From Candidatus Saccharimonadia bacterium (GTDB lineage: Bacteria; Patescibacteriota; Saccharimonadia; UBA4664; SCTI01): a stretch of DNA of 64,000 bases. Under the pieces are notes generated by a model that was given only the letters and a program-made list of their open reading frames with translations, had not been told where the DNA came from and did no database searches. A program made the position numbers and the translations under genes. Shown piece by piece: positions 1 through 10,300 of this stretch. Location of the stretch: positions 148,436 through 212,435 of the forward strand of contig JBKJLI010000003.1 in NCBI GenBank assembly GCA_046597065.1, given 5' to 3'. The stretch's first letter is position 1, and each line of letters opens with the position of its first letter.

Positions 1-84
1 AGCTCTGCACCCACCAAAACCAAGGACGTCGTGATTGAGGATCTTAAAGACGACGAGCCGGTTAATTTAGACGAAATACCGTTT
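1..84 (+). CDS. ssb: single-stranded DNA-binding protein, C-terminal fragment (truncated by window start)
   Basis: Frame running in from the window edge ends ...DDEPVNLDEIPF*, the acidic D-I-P-F tail typical of SSB. It sits immediately upstream of rpsR, the classic rpsF-ssb-rpsR arrangement. Confidence 0.55.
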
Positions 85-99
85 TAGTAAGGACACCCC

Positions 100-318
100 A
101 TGGCAAATTTTTACAGTAAAAAAGTCTGTCGCTTCTGCGCCGAAAAAATCGACGAAGTTGATTATAAAGACGTTAAGTTGCTACAGCGCTATTTGAATAG
201 TTACGGCAAGATCGAGACTCGCAAGCGCACCGGCACCTGCTTAAAGCACCAGCGCCGTGTGGCAGTGGCCTTAAAGCGCTCGCGCCATCTGGCATTACTG
301 CCGTTCGTGGTCCGTTAA
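100..318 (+). CDS. rpsR: 30S ribosomal protein S18
   Basis: 72 aa with the [10 protein letters not shown]...RYLNSYGKI...[26 protein letters not shown] signature of bS18. Confidence 0.9.
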   Translation: MANFYSKKVCRFCAEKIDEVDYKDVKLLQRYLNSYGKIETRKRTGTCLKHQRRVAVALKRSRHLALLPFVVR

Positions 319-333
319 GCTGGGCAAAAGCCA

Positions 334-897
334 GTGATTTACGGCCACACCGATCTTAAAAAGGGAGTTGCCATCGAGCTTGATGGTGCTCCGTTTTTGG
401 TGCTTGAATCTTCGCACATGGCCACCGGCCGGGGCGGAGCGGTTATGCGCACCAAGTTAAAAAACCTGCGTACCGGAGCGGTAGTAGATCGTTCGTTTCG
501 GGCATCAGACAAACTAACATCGGCCGACCTAAGTCGGGTTAATTTGCAGTACTTATATAGTGATGATGGCGGCTATCACTTTATGAATCCCGATAGCTAT
601 GAGCAGATTACGCTGGATTCTAGCTTGGCTTCTGATGCCGGCGAATACTTGGTAGAGGGCACCAAAGTGATTGTTTTATACTCTGGCGACAGCCCAATTG
701 GAGTCGATATCGGTAACAACGTTTTGCTAAGAGTTACCGAAACCTCGCCCGGGGCCAAGGGCGACACTGCTACCACCGCACTTAAACCTGCTACCGTGGA
801 AACCGGCCTAGAAATCATGGTGCCGCTATTTATTAATGAAGGCGACTTAATTAAGGTGGATACTCGTGATGGACGCTACCTTGAACGCTCCAAATAA
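334..897 (+). CDS. efp: elongation factor P
   Basis: 187 aa with the EF-P KOW-like N-domain and OB domains (GVAIELDGAPFLVLESSHMATGRGGAVMRTKLKNL...). The modification-loop residue is Arg (TGRGG), not Lys. Confidence 0.9.
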   Translation: MIYGHTDLKKGVAIELDGAPFLVLESSHMATGRGGAVMRTKLKNLRTGAVVDRSFRASDKLTSADLSRVNLQYLYSDDGGYHFMNPDSYEQITLDSSLASDAGEYLVEGTKVIVLYSGDSPIGVDIGNNVLLRVTETSPGAKGDTATTALKPATVETGLEIMVPLFINEGDLIKVDTRDGRYLERSK

Positions 898-1633
898 GCC
901 CACTAAAATTCGCTTAGATAATCTGTTAGTCGAACGCCAGTTAGCCGACAGTCGCACCCAGGCCCAGGCCATTATTATGGCTGGCGAGGTGCGCGTGGGC
1001 ACCACAGTCTTGACCAAACCTGGACAGCTGGTTGCTAATGAAATCGAAATCGTACTAGCTCAAAAGTCACGATATGTTTCGCGCGGAGGAGATAAGTTGG
1101 CTTCGGTTGCCAATGCTTTAAAGCTCGACTTTACGGATGCGGTCGTATTGGACGTTGGCTCCTCTACGGGTGGCTTTACCGATTACGCCCTCCAAAATGG
1201 GGCTAAACAAGTAATCTGCGTAGATGTGGGAAGCGATCAACTAGCATACAAGTTGCGCCAAGATTCGCGCATTACCATTATGGAACGCACCGATATTCGC
1301 GAGGTCAGCCAAAATGATTTTAAACACCATCCAAACGTTGCCGTTATTGATGTTTCATTTATCTCACTAACCAAGATTTTGCCCTCAGTCGCAAAGCTTT
1401 TAATACCTGGTTCGATAATAATTGCGATGGCTAAGCCCCAGTTCGAAACCGATAAAGCTACGGCCAGCAAGTATAAAGGCGTCATTAAAGACGATCGTTT
1501 GCGCAAAAGCATTCTTAATCATTTCGAAGCCACCATTAAGCCAGAGTTTCAAATCCTAGATTCAGCTGATTCTGAAGTCTTCGGAGCCAAGGGTAATAGA
1601 GAGCGTTTTTATCTGTTGAAGGCTCAGCTATAA
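866..1633 (+). CDS. tlyA: TlyA-family rRNA 2'-O-methyltransferase (S4 domain + FtsJ-like MTase)
   Basis: N-terminal S4-like RLDNLLVERQLA followed by the SAM-MTase motif VLDVGSSTGGFTDYALQNGAKQVICVDVG. The start is uncertain because it overlaps the efp 3' end. Confidence 0.75.
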   Translation: MMDATLNAPNKPTKIRLDNLLVERQLADSRTQAQAIIMAGEVRVGTTVLTKPGQLVANEIEIVLAQKSRYVSRGGDKLASVANALKLDFTDAVVLDVGSSTGGFTDYALQNGAKQVICVDVGSDQLAYKLRQDSRITIMERTDIREVSQNDFKHHPNVAVIDVSFISLTKILPSVAKLLIPGSIIIAMAKPQFETDKATASKYKGVIKDDRLRKSILNHFEATIKPEFQILDSADSEVFGAKGNRERFYLLKAQL

Positions 1634-1640
1634 ATAATAC

Positions 1641-2696
1641 TTATGCCCCAGTCCTAAACTCCACCACGTCATCCGGGCGCATTACATAATCGCGACCCTC
1701 AACCCGTGCCACACCGGCCGCGCGGGCAGCCACTAGCGATCCGGCCGCAATCAAATCTTCATAGCTCACAACCTCGGCGCGAATAAACTGTTTCTCAAAG
1801 TCGGTATGAATCACACCGGCCGCTTCGGGCGCAGTGGCTCCTCGCACCACCGTCCAGGCGCGCACTTCTTTTGGCCCGGCCGTTAAAAAGCTTTGTAAAC
1901 CCAGGGCCTCTTGCCCCAATCGCACCAATGCGTTTAGCCCAGGCTCGTTTTGCCCCAACTCCGCGAGTAGCTCACCAGCTTCAGAAGCCTCTAGCTCCGA
2001 AAGCTCTGCCTCAACTTTGGCGCACAGCATCACCGACTGGGCGGGGGAGACTAGGCCGGCCAACTCTTGTCGCAGTTCATCATTACTTAAAGCACCTTCA
2101 TCAACATTAAACACATATATAAATGGCTTGGCGGTTAACAGTTGAACCTCTTGCACCGATTCTAGGTCAAAACCGGCCGCAAACAGCGTTTCACCACGGT
2201 CTAAAACAACTCGAGCCTTTTCCAACACGCTCATCAAACCCTTTTGGGCAGCATCCTTTTTTATCTTGGCAAGGCGCTTATCGATAGTTTGCAAATCGGC
2301 CAGAATTAGCTCGGTATTAATGGTCGCGATATCATCGGCCGGGCTAACCTTGCCATCTACATGCACGACATCGCTGTCACTAAACACCCTAACCACCTGG
2401 CAAATTACACCGGCCTCGCGAATATTGGCTAAAAACTGGTTGCCTAAACCTTGTCCCTCGCTGGCGCCGCGCACCAACCCGGCAATGTCTACAAAGGTTA
2501 CCGCCGCGGGTACAATTTTTTTGGCATCATACAAAGCCGCCAGCTTGGCCAGGCGGTTATCGGGCACGGCTACAATACCAACATTGGGCTCAATGGTGGC
2601 AAAGGGGTAGTTGGCCGCCAACACTTGGTTGTTGGTTAGCGCATTAAATAGGGTTGATTTGCCGACATTCGGCAAACCCACAATTCCGATTTTCAT
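1641..2696 (-). CDS. ychF: redox-regulated ATPase/GTPase YchF (Ola1)
   Basis: MKIGIVGLPNVGKSTLFNALT P-loop, TGS-like C-terminal domain, ~350 aa. Confidence 0.9.
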   Translation of the reverse strand: MKIGIVGLPNVGKSTLFNALTNNQVLAANYPFATIEPNVGIVAVPDNRLAKLAALYDAKKIVPAAVTFVDIAGLVRGASEGQGLGNQFLANIREAGVICQVVRVFSDSDVVHVDGKVSPADDIATINTELILADLQTIDKRLAKIKKDAAQKGLMSVLEKARVVLDRGETLFAAGFDLESVQEVQLLTAKPFIYVFNVDEGALSNDELRQELAGLVSPAQSVMLCAKVEAELSELEASEAGELLAELGQNEPGLNALVRLGQEALGLQSFLTAGPKEVRAWTVVRGATAPEAAGVIHTDFEKQFIRAEVVSYEDLIAAGSLVAARAAGVARVEGRDYVMRPDDVVEFRTGA

Positions 2697-3082
2697 AATT
2701 TTTTAACCTTTGAGTGGGCCTTAACCCACTTTGCAATCTCTTCAATCGGGGTGCTGTCGGTCGCAACCGATACAGTGTGGTCCACAAGTTCACGATTAGA
2801 CAACTCAATGCTATAGCCATTTAGGTCTAAAAAGCGCCCTAGGGCCGCCACGGAGGTACGCTTGTTGTCGTCTACAAACACGTGGTAGTTAACGATGGCT
2901 TTATATAGTACCGCGCTTTTTGTCCAAAAGTCGGGATAAAGCTCTATGTCTCCAAAACCCATCTGGGGCTTAACGGCAATAGATTCAAGCAGCTCGTTGA
3001 CGCGAACGCCCGAAGTTCCGCCACTCCGGGCGATCACAACTTGGTTAATAACCACTAATTCAGCTGCAACTAGGTAGTTCAA
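2693..3082 (-). CDS. doc: type II toxin Doc (Fic-fold, death-on-curing family)
   Basis: 129 aa. The Fic/Doc active-site motif HVFVDDNKRTS matches HxFx(D/N)xNKR. It overlaps the ychF stop by 4 nt and directly follows a Phd-like gene. Confidence 0.7.
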   Translation of the reverse strand: MNYLVAAELVVINQVVIARSGGTSGVRVNELLESIAVKPQMGFGDIELYPDFWTKSAVLYKAIVNYHVFVDDNKRTSVAALGRFLDLNGYSIELSNRELVDHTVSVATDSTPIEEIAKWVKAHSKVKKL

Positions 3083-3088
3083 TCGACC

Positions 3089-3304
3089 TTACTTGTCGGC
3101 CAACTCGTCAAAACCAGCTTGGTGTTTCGCAACAAACCCATTGGCCCATTCTTTGGTAGCAGCTAAATCGGGGGAGGTAGCGGTTGGCACAACATTAAAA
3201 ATCGGCTTGGACCGCTTAACGACTGTAAAACTCTCGCCGGCTTGTACGCGGCGAGTGATCTCTTCGGTATTGGTTCTAAGCTCTTTCATACTGATAATAG
3301 TCAC
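3089..3304 (-). CDS. phd: Phd/YefM-family antitoxin
   Basis: 71 aa, MTIISMKELRTNTEEITRRVQAGESFTVVKRSKPIFNVVP, which is a typical YefM/Phd N-terminal fold. It sits 6 nt upstream of doc on the same strand in antitoxin-then-toxin order. Confidence 0.65.
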   Translation of the reverse strand: MTIISMKELRTNTEEITRRVQAGESFTVVKRSKPIFNVVPTATSPDLAATKEWANGFVAKHQAGFDELADK

Positions 3305-3444
3305 TATACGCTCCTCATATTAAATCCAGTTTAACACAAAGGTTATCTTTAAGTCATCTTTAAGTTAGCAATACTCAAACTAGTACTCGGGACGGCAAGA
3401 ATGAAAAGGAGGAAAAGTTCTTATGTTTGTGGTAGCCTGAATTT

Positions 3445-4104
3445 ATGAATACCGGAAAGTCAGTCTTGCGGAAGTTGAAGATATTTACACTTTCTCTAAC
3501 AATATTGGCGTTACTATTTTCAATGTCATATTCGCTTTTTGCGCCATCATCAGTCTCCGCCGAGTATTCAATAGGACAGTATGGCACGCCGTACACGCGC
3601 TTAAGCCCAAAAAGGCTAAAGCTCTATCGACTCGCGGCCTACTACTACTGGTCTCATTTTGATAGGTACAATCAAATTGATACTGCCAATTGTAAGCCGA
3701 ATAATGTAAAGATCGAGTATGGGCATTGGGGTAGTACTGAGCTCGCTCATGTTCGCGGAATCTACGGTGCGTTTCCTAATTTTGATGATTATTATGGCAA
3801 GAATCCTATACAGTGGATTAAGGATGGTCACTGCAAAATATACTTCAATCTTGATTGGCCTACAGATAGTCATGTTGGGTGTGCTGTTTTTGTACATGAG
3901 TATGGCCACCTACTAGGGTTCCAACATAACCTTGACCCCGGTAGCCCCATGTACCAGGGCTATACCTCCAACCATACAAATGACTATGACGAGGGGGTTA
4001 GAAGGTGGAATCGAAATCGTACGCTTGTTTATGCAAAGACATTATGTAATGCATCCGAGATATTTACCAATCCAGTGAAACCACCCGGCTTTGGGTCCTA
4101 CTAG
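3445..4104 (+). CDS. secreted metzincin-type zinc metalloprotease (matrixin/M10-like)
   Basis: N-terminal signal peptide (LTILALLFSMSYSLFAPSSVSA). HEYGHLLGFQHN is an exact HExxHxxGxxH match, followed by the Met-turn SPMY. The gene is AT-rich relative to its neighbours. Confidence 0.65.
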   Translation: MNTGKSVLRKLKIFTLSLTILALLFSMSYSLFAPSSVSAEYSIGQYGTPYTRLSPKRLKLYRLAAYYYWSHFDRYNQIDTANCKPNNVKIEYGHWGSTELAHVRGIYGAFPNFDDYYGKNPIQWIKDGHCKIYFNLDWPTDSHVGCAVFVHEYGHLLGFQHNLDPGSPMYQGYTSNHTNDYDEGVRRWNRNRTLVYAKTLCNASEIFTNPVKPPGFGSY

Positions 4105-4130
4105 TTAATAAGACTTAACTTAAATATTTA

Positions 4131-4168
4131 GCGCCCCGCTTGCGATCATGAGATCGCTTACGGGGCGC
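4131..4168. terminator. GC-rich hairpin between convergent genes (bidirectional terminator candidate)
   Basis: gcgccccg...cggggcgc outer stem with an inner gcgatc/gatcgc palindrome. It lies between the metzincin stop (4104, +) and the lipoprotein stop (4176, -). An A/T run lies on the side facing the minus-strand gene. Confidence 0.4.
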
Positions 4169-4175
4169 GGGGTGG

Positions 4176-4577
4176 CTAGCAGACCAGGCGCTTCATCGCA
4201 TTCAGGCTGGGTGCCTTTCTTGGCAGGCTGCCGTCGGCGTGTGCTCGCTGGCTAAGCCGGTCGTAGGCGATCTTCTGTGCATGATAGATCGCCCGCAGTT
4301 GCGGCGCAATGTTGTCTATAACCACTACTTGGTTATCGCGTGACTGGCGCTGGATGTGAACCTCTCGGCAGTACTGGTGTGCAGCCAGCCTTAGGGTGGC
4401 AAAGACATCACGCGGAGTACTCATCCTGGCGGGAGCGAGCGCTCGGTGGACTGGGGAAGTAGTAGTGGTATCGGTCTGCTGAACGACTGACCCAGTGGAA
4501 ACATCGGAGGGGCTTACGCCGCAGCCGGTCGCCACTAGGCAGGCGATACAGGCAGCCATTGCTGCGATCGTACGCAT
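4176..4577 (-). CDS. hypothetical lipoprotein (GC-rich)
   Basis: 133 aa. The N-terminus MRTIAAMAACIACLVATGCG carries a lipobox (LVATGC). It is markedly more GC-rich than the flanks. No recognisable domain. Confidence 0.45.
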   Translation of the reverse strand: MRTIAAMAACIACLVATGCGVSPSDVSTGSVVQQTDTTTTSPVHRALAPARMSTPRDVFATLRLAAHQYCREVHIQRQSRDNQVVVIDNIAPQLRAIYHAQKIAYDRLSQRAHADGSLPRKAPSLNAMKRLVC

Positions 4578-5179
4578 TTGCTTCTGACCTCCGTCGGTTG
4601 GGTGGGGATCAAGACCGCTACACTATACCATAAGTATTATAATAATACAAGTATATTATATATTGCTAGTTTATGCACTGGGCAAATTGCCGCCATGGTA
4701 TAACGTGGCTAGTATTCGATCTAAACACCCCCATATACCACTAGCATGACAGCTAAAGTTGACGTTAGGATGAGGCTGTTTCCTATTTGGTATGCCCCAA
4801 CCAGATGAGGAACTTATTCCGTTTTAGCGCGATCGACAGCATCGAATTCGCTTGAAAACGGGTTATTACTAATATAAAGTGGTAATCCCAACCTTTACAT
4901 GGAGGCTGGAGCAGCTTACATATAGGAGAAACATTGATGACTTGCCCCTTAAGCATTAGGAGCAGCGGTCGAGAGCATCTTTTTTTCGACCAATCCTCAG
5001 CCAAAGCGCGCATGTCTCTTGGGTCAAAGGCTGGGCTTTATGAGCCACCGCTCGAGCCCAATGAAGTTCCAGACGACCTAGTAGGCCACGCCGACTAAAC
5101 CCAGGTGGGGCTTCTCGTTCCCAAACTCCAACTTTGTAGAAAACTTCCATATCCAGCGATGCTAGAAAGGAGGTACGTC

Positions 5180-5293
5180 ATGGGTGATGAGCTCAGTGGA
5201 GGCGGTTCGGGATCCGCGACTGAGGGCGATGCGGCTGAAGAGGCTGCAACGCAGGCCGCAGAAGACGCGGACGTTGCCGAGAGCAACGCCTAG
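5180..5293 (+). CDS. small acidic Gly/Ala/Glu/Asp-rich peptide (37 aa)
   Basis: ATG preceded by a strong SD (aaaggaggtacgtcATG). It encodes MGDELSGGGSGSATEGDAAEEAATQAAEDADVAESNA and is followed directly by a GC hairpin plus T-tract. Confidence 0.4.
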   Translation: MGDELSGGGSGSATEGDAAEEAATQAAEDADVAESNA

Positions 5294-5303
5294 CGGCTGA
5301 ACT

Positions 5304-5335
5304 GGGACCCGGGGGTAACCCTGGGTCCCTTTATT
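5304..5335 (+). terminator. rho-independent terminator
   Basis: Stem gggaccc...gggtccc with an inner gggg/ccct extension and a gtaa loop, followed by tttatt. Confidence 0.5.
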
Positions 5336-5357
5336 AACTATAGGTTAGAATACATTC

Positions 5358-6650
5358 ATGATTTCACATCAATACTCGACAACTTTAAGCAATGGCATCA
5401 AGCTATTAATTAATCCGATGCCAGGCGCTTCCACTATCGATTTTAGATACTACATTCTCAGTGGATCAGCCTATGCTCCAAGGGGTCAGTTTGAAATATC
5501 GCACCTGCTAGAGCACTTAATTTTACTTGGCAATCGGCGCCAACCAGATCCCACGAAATTTGCATCCGAAATGGAGCGTTATACGTCGGCGTGGGGTGGT
5601 AAAACTAATAGATACCTAAACACTTTTTGGTATCAAAAAAGCTCACGTCATTTCGAAGAATTTTTGGAGCTTGCGACAGCCCAAATGTTAGATCCTGTGG
5701 TCAAAGATTCGGCCGTCCATGAGCAGATCGAAGTCATAAGCCAAGAGCTAAAGAAAAGTAGTTCTAATGATAGTGTACTCAGGTTTTATATGGGTCATCA
5801 ATCATTTCTCCCGGATCTATTTCCGGACTACTCTGCCAGAGTGGCGTCCTTAAAAAAAATTACCTCGAGCGATGTCCGAGGTTATCATAAAATAAATTAT
5901 GTTACTGGGAATACGGCGATAGCGATAACGGGAAATATTGATCTTAAAAAGATTAAGAGTATCGTAGCCAGCCTAGACGCCTTGCTTTCCAGCTATCCAG
6001 CTGGTGCCGGAAACAAGTTTTCACCCCACAAACCCCTGATCAAAAATGAAAGAGTGATTGAGTTCGCCCCAAATAACCGCAACTTAGTGTATTTTAATTT
6101 AAGTTTTGATAAGCCTGGACGGCAGCTTGATGACCTCTCGGCCCTGAAAGTCCTACAGGCTTTGTGGGGCGGCGGAAAAGGATCGCGATTTTATCAAAGG
6201 GTGAGGCCGGCTGGCTTAACCTATTCGCCCCAAACGTTAGCCCTACTAGAGTACGAGACTACCAGATTAGCGCTGTGGGACGATATTGACCCCAAGAACT
6301 TCATTAAGTTTATTAAATTAGCTATCTCGGAACTGGTGGAACTTGCTAATGGTAATTTTAGCGACGACGAGCTTGAGCGAGCCAAGCTTTTTCGCTCGGA
6401 AAGAGAGGTTACGGCATATCCAACGCCGGGGCAGTGGGTCAATGCTTTTGGTGATGATTGGGCACTTGGGCTTAAAAGACCGACTCCGGCTGAGATTGTT
6501 GCGGAAACCGACAAAGTCAGCCGCGAAAAAATAATGGGTGTTGCAAGAAACTATTTATCATCGTGGCAACTTACAACTGGCAACAACCACGGCTCGTCTG
6601 CCGCCGAACTCAAAGCAGTAGTTAACGATCAACTGTCCAAACTGCGCTAA
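5358..6650 (+). CDS. M16-family (insulinase/pitrilysin-like) zinc peptidase
   Basis: 430 aa. The inverzincin motif HLLEHLIL (HxxEH) is near the N-terminus. AT-rich gene. Confidence 0.8.
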   Translation: MISHQYSTTLSNGIKLLINPMPGASTIDFRYYILSGSAYAPRGQFEISHLLEHLILLGNRRQPDPTKFASEMERYTSAWGGKTNRYLNTFWYQKSSRHFEEFLELATAQMLDPVVKDSAVHEQIEVISQELKKSSSNDSVLRFYMGHQSFLPDLFPDYSARVASLKKITSSDVRGYHKINYVTGNTAIAITGNIDLKKIKSIVASLDALLSSYPAGAGNKFSPHKPLIKNERVIEFAPNNRNLVYFNLSFDKPGRQLDDLSALKVLQALWGGGKGSRFYQRVRPAGLTYSPQTLALLEYETTRLALWDDIDPKNFIKFIKLAISELVELANGNFSDDELERAKLFRSEREVTAYPTPGQWVNAFGDDWALGLKRPTPAEIVAETDKVSREKIMGVARNYLSSWQLTTGNNHGSSAAELKAVVNDQLSKLR

Positions 6651-6811
6651 AATTTATTAGTCAATTCGTTAAAGTGATAGCTCTCTGCCAACAAGGTACG
6701 TATGCCCCTGCAACAAAAACTTGCTTTTTAACCAACCTTAGGGTATAAGTAACTTACGAACCATGCGGCCCAATCGGGTCGCACAAATCGAGCACCAGGA
6801 GGTGAGGAGTC

Positions 6812-7237
6812 GTGAGGCTTAAGAATATGTGGGGGCTCATCCTTGTGGTGACCCTCGTGATGATGCTTGGACTTGTACCAAGCGTGTCTCAGGCAAGGCT
6901 GGATCTGTTGCGCTCTCATGTGAGCGCCTCGAAGAAGGGCTCCAGCTGTAAGCATCCGTGGACTGCTCAATTCAGCGCGATTCTCGGCCAAGGTGAGGGC
7001 AACCTGAGCAAGATAGGGTTCAAGGTCCTCAAGCACCCGGCACCGGGTGATCCTGAGCGGATTGACTGGCACACCAAGCGGCCGCATCTGCTTATCTGTC
7101 GGGCTTACCTGATCACCTGGTCGGGCAAGCGGATCCCGATCAAGACCGGCCGCACCAAGGGCTTCTATACGGAGCACCAGGAGTACGGCAAGCAGTGGCC
7201 GTTCGCTGCTCTCAAAGTCGCAGCCAGGAACACCTAG
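6812..7237 (+). CDS. small secreted protein (GC-rich)
   Basis: GTG start with the SD ggaggtgagga upstream. Signal peptide MRLKNMWGLILVVTLVMMLGLVPSVSQA. The overlapping minus-strand ORF looks like Arg/Pro-rich antisense noise. Confidence 0.45.
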   Translation: MRLKNMWGLILVVTLVMMLGLVPSVSQARLDLLRSHVSASKKGSSCKHPWTAQFSAILGQGEGNLSKIGFKVLKHPAPGDPERIDWHTKRPHLLICRAYLITWSGKRIPIKTGRTKGFYTEHQEYGKQWPFAALKVAARNT

Positions 7238-7346
7238 CTCTTGACTGCGCGGCGCCTTCGGGCGCCGCAAAGCACTTATCTATGTGTTGTGAAACTACTT
7301 ATGGTCGTCTATGATGGGGGCAGATCATAAGTGGTGAATATTTGAC

Positions 7347-10300
7347 TTGAATCCGACGACACTCGCAAGTAGAGCACTCATTGCTGCCACCCTGCTGCTG
7401 CTGGCTGTGGGTCTGTCAAGCTCGGCCAATGCCTCAACAATTCGCAGGGACTGCGACACTCGTACCGTCGCCGCCAGCGTCGACTACAGCTTCTTCCCCT
7501 TTGGCTTTATCTGTCAGAATATCAACCCTAGCTCGCCTGTAAAATCGACCAGCGTCTACCTTGATGGCTACACCAACAACTATGCCTCGTCGCTCAATGG
7601 CTTGGACGGCAGCAGTGATGCCAAATACACCAACGTCAGCCCTGGTCAGACGTTGGCATTCAAAACTGGTTTCGCCAACTGGCGGCCACCGCGTGAGAAC
7701 AGCCCCGGCGGCCCCGGATCGACGGCCACTAGGGACATCTACGTTTGGGTGACGATGGATGCCAATGACTCGCTGTTTGATGATCCCAACCCCTCAAACT
7801 CGATCGGCAACCTCGGTACCAACTTTGGCACCGGGGGCTCATATACAACCTCGACCAACGGATCGATCCCGGTCAATGGCCAGCACCTTGACTGCCCCGG
7901 GGCACACGGCAGCCCAATCGTGATCGCGTATCCGAATGCCAACAACATCACCGGCAATACCGACCGCAGTCCTTATTGGAACTCCACTCACAATGGCGAC
8001 GGTAAGGTCGACTGCAGCAACGAAGGCCAGATGATCTACTGGAAGCTGTCGGGCGTCAGCAATAATCAAAGCCCAGACTTCAAGTTCGATGTAAAACTGC
8101 GTGGTACCTATCCACCGCCGGGGGACAGCGGCAAGATTTGCGTGCGCATGAACGTATCGGTTGAGTACGCTGGCGAGACTCAGCTAGTGGACAAGCTGGG
8201 GCACATGGCGATAAAAAGCAGCAAGGAGTGCTACTGGATTCGAACCTCGGTCGTTGAGGGGAATATCAAGAGCCACCCCTCGCTGGCAACCGGGAAGAAT
8301 CTCGAAGGCGTGCATGTTTACTACACCCGCAATCACTCATGTGACTACGCCGGTGCGTGGAATGTGGTCAAAACCGACGTAGACGGCAATTACAAGTTCT
8401 ACAATGCTTCGGGTGACCAATTCTGCGTCAGGCCCGAGGCGACGACTACAGCGACCGTACCGGGCGGGACGACTTACAACAGTCCCGAGCGGCTGAAGCA
8501 GGATTATAATGGCGCAAATTATGACTATGGGGGAGCGTCACCCGACGATGGCTCAGATGTTGTCAATCGCAACTACTTTTACAAACCGATCCCCGTCGCT
8601 CCAACCATCGATAAAGACAAGGGTGGCCGCGGCACAGTCATAGCGCCTGACGGCCGTACCGTCAACTGCACCGGCACAATCACGCCAGATCCATTATCTG
8701 TGTGTGACCCGGACACACTAAGGCCGGGCGACTCGGTTACATTCTACATCACGGTCAAAAACAGCATCGATGCCAACCAGAATGTCAACATTCAGGATTG
8801 GATCCCACTGAACATCGACCCCGCGTCGGTGAGTGCCGCCAACGTGTCTTTGGTTGAAGACGGCAATGGTCCGCTAAACTGGTTTGTTAGTGGGAGTCCT
8901 GATCCTTTCGCAGCCGTTCAACAGTACTCATATGGAAACCGGGACATAAGCACCAATTTCACGGGAGACTACAGTTCGGGATTCTCGAGCGGATCGGGCT
9001 CTTCTTTACCTCGCTTCAGTTTTACATTCAGTCGGCTGCCCGCTTACAGCGAGGTGTTGATTGAGTGGACCGGTACAGTCAAATCTGCCAACAACATTGG
9101 CGTATATCCGGGGTCCCCAAATGACTATCGCTATTGTCCGGGAGTGAACTCCACCACATATGACAACCCAAATCGCGTGCTAACCGAATGCGAAGATAGG
9201 GCAACCGGCTTGCAGGGTGTAAGTAATGCAGTTGAGGTTGAATCCCCAACGGGGGGGTTTATTAAAGGCTTCTCAAACATTACCTATAACCCCGTACCCT
9301 CCAGCTTTAATCAGGCAGCCAAGACTATCGGCTCTGGTCTTACGCCCGACGAAAATGGAAATATCATTATTGACCCCAATGACCCATCCACAGCCAGTAA
9401 TATGCCAATATCATCCACTTTTGGGAGAGATACCAACATGGGGCCGATACCCAACATGACCATTGACGACCAGGCGGGCCCAGCCGATCTTGACTCGCAT
9501 ATTATCAATATTGATCTCACCGGCAGTGGTGGCGCCAACTTAGTGGGTGCATCCAACCGAATTGTTAGATGGACTGGCCAAGACCTGCGTGGTAGTGGAG
9601 CCATCGATAGCAACACATTTACCTTTAGGGCCGGCGTTAACCCAGCTACGCCAATTGGGACTAAAATATATAACACCACCCGGGCCTGCGCGCCAAAATA
9701 CTGGGAGGCTGGGCACGCTCCATTCTGTATCGACACCAATAAAGTTGGTGTAATTGTGGCTAATATAATTAATCCCTATCTAGTGGGAGACCGCGGAGAT
9801 GTCCGGGCCGGGCAAACTTGCACGGCCGCTACTAGCAGTAAGGCGTACGGTCCGGTTGGGTCGAGTAACAACAAGGGCAACTACACCGTAACCGCCACCG
9901 GCTCTATCACTAACTTTGGCGCTGGGGTTGGTAAGCCAGAATATGGCGTTAACTGTCAGCCGGATCTAGTAGGCTCAGCCAATATACTTGCCACGACCCC
10001 TGGTAAGTTCAAAGCATTTAATACTTGGGTGCCAGTGGCTTCGCAGAGTCAGTACGACGGTAAGGTTGTTACATCCGGCACAATTGATATACCCGCTAAC
10101 ACAACGATTAAGGGTCGCTGGACGCTGTTTGTGGATGGTGATGTTCATATTCTGGGCAACCTGACTTACGACTATGGATCGGTCACATCATTAAACGGAA
10201 CACCATCATTTGGTATTATCGCGACAGGCAACATTTCTATTGATCCTAGCGCTACTCAGCTGAACGGCTATTTTTATGCCAGAGGTAAGATCAATACCTG

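Noticed and set aside
1834-2639. Several + strand ORFs (1834-2145, 1871-2110, 2266-2610, 2451-2639)
   Set aside because: Low-complexity Ala/Pro/Ser-rich translations. They are antisense to the well-supported ychF gene.
6728-7270. 180-aa minus-strand ORF
   Set aside because: Arg/Pro-rich, no start context. It is typical antisense noise of a GC-rich gene. The + strand ORF with SD and signal peptide is preferred.
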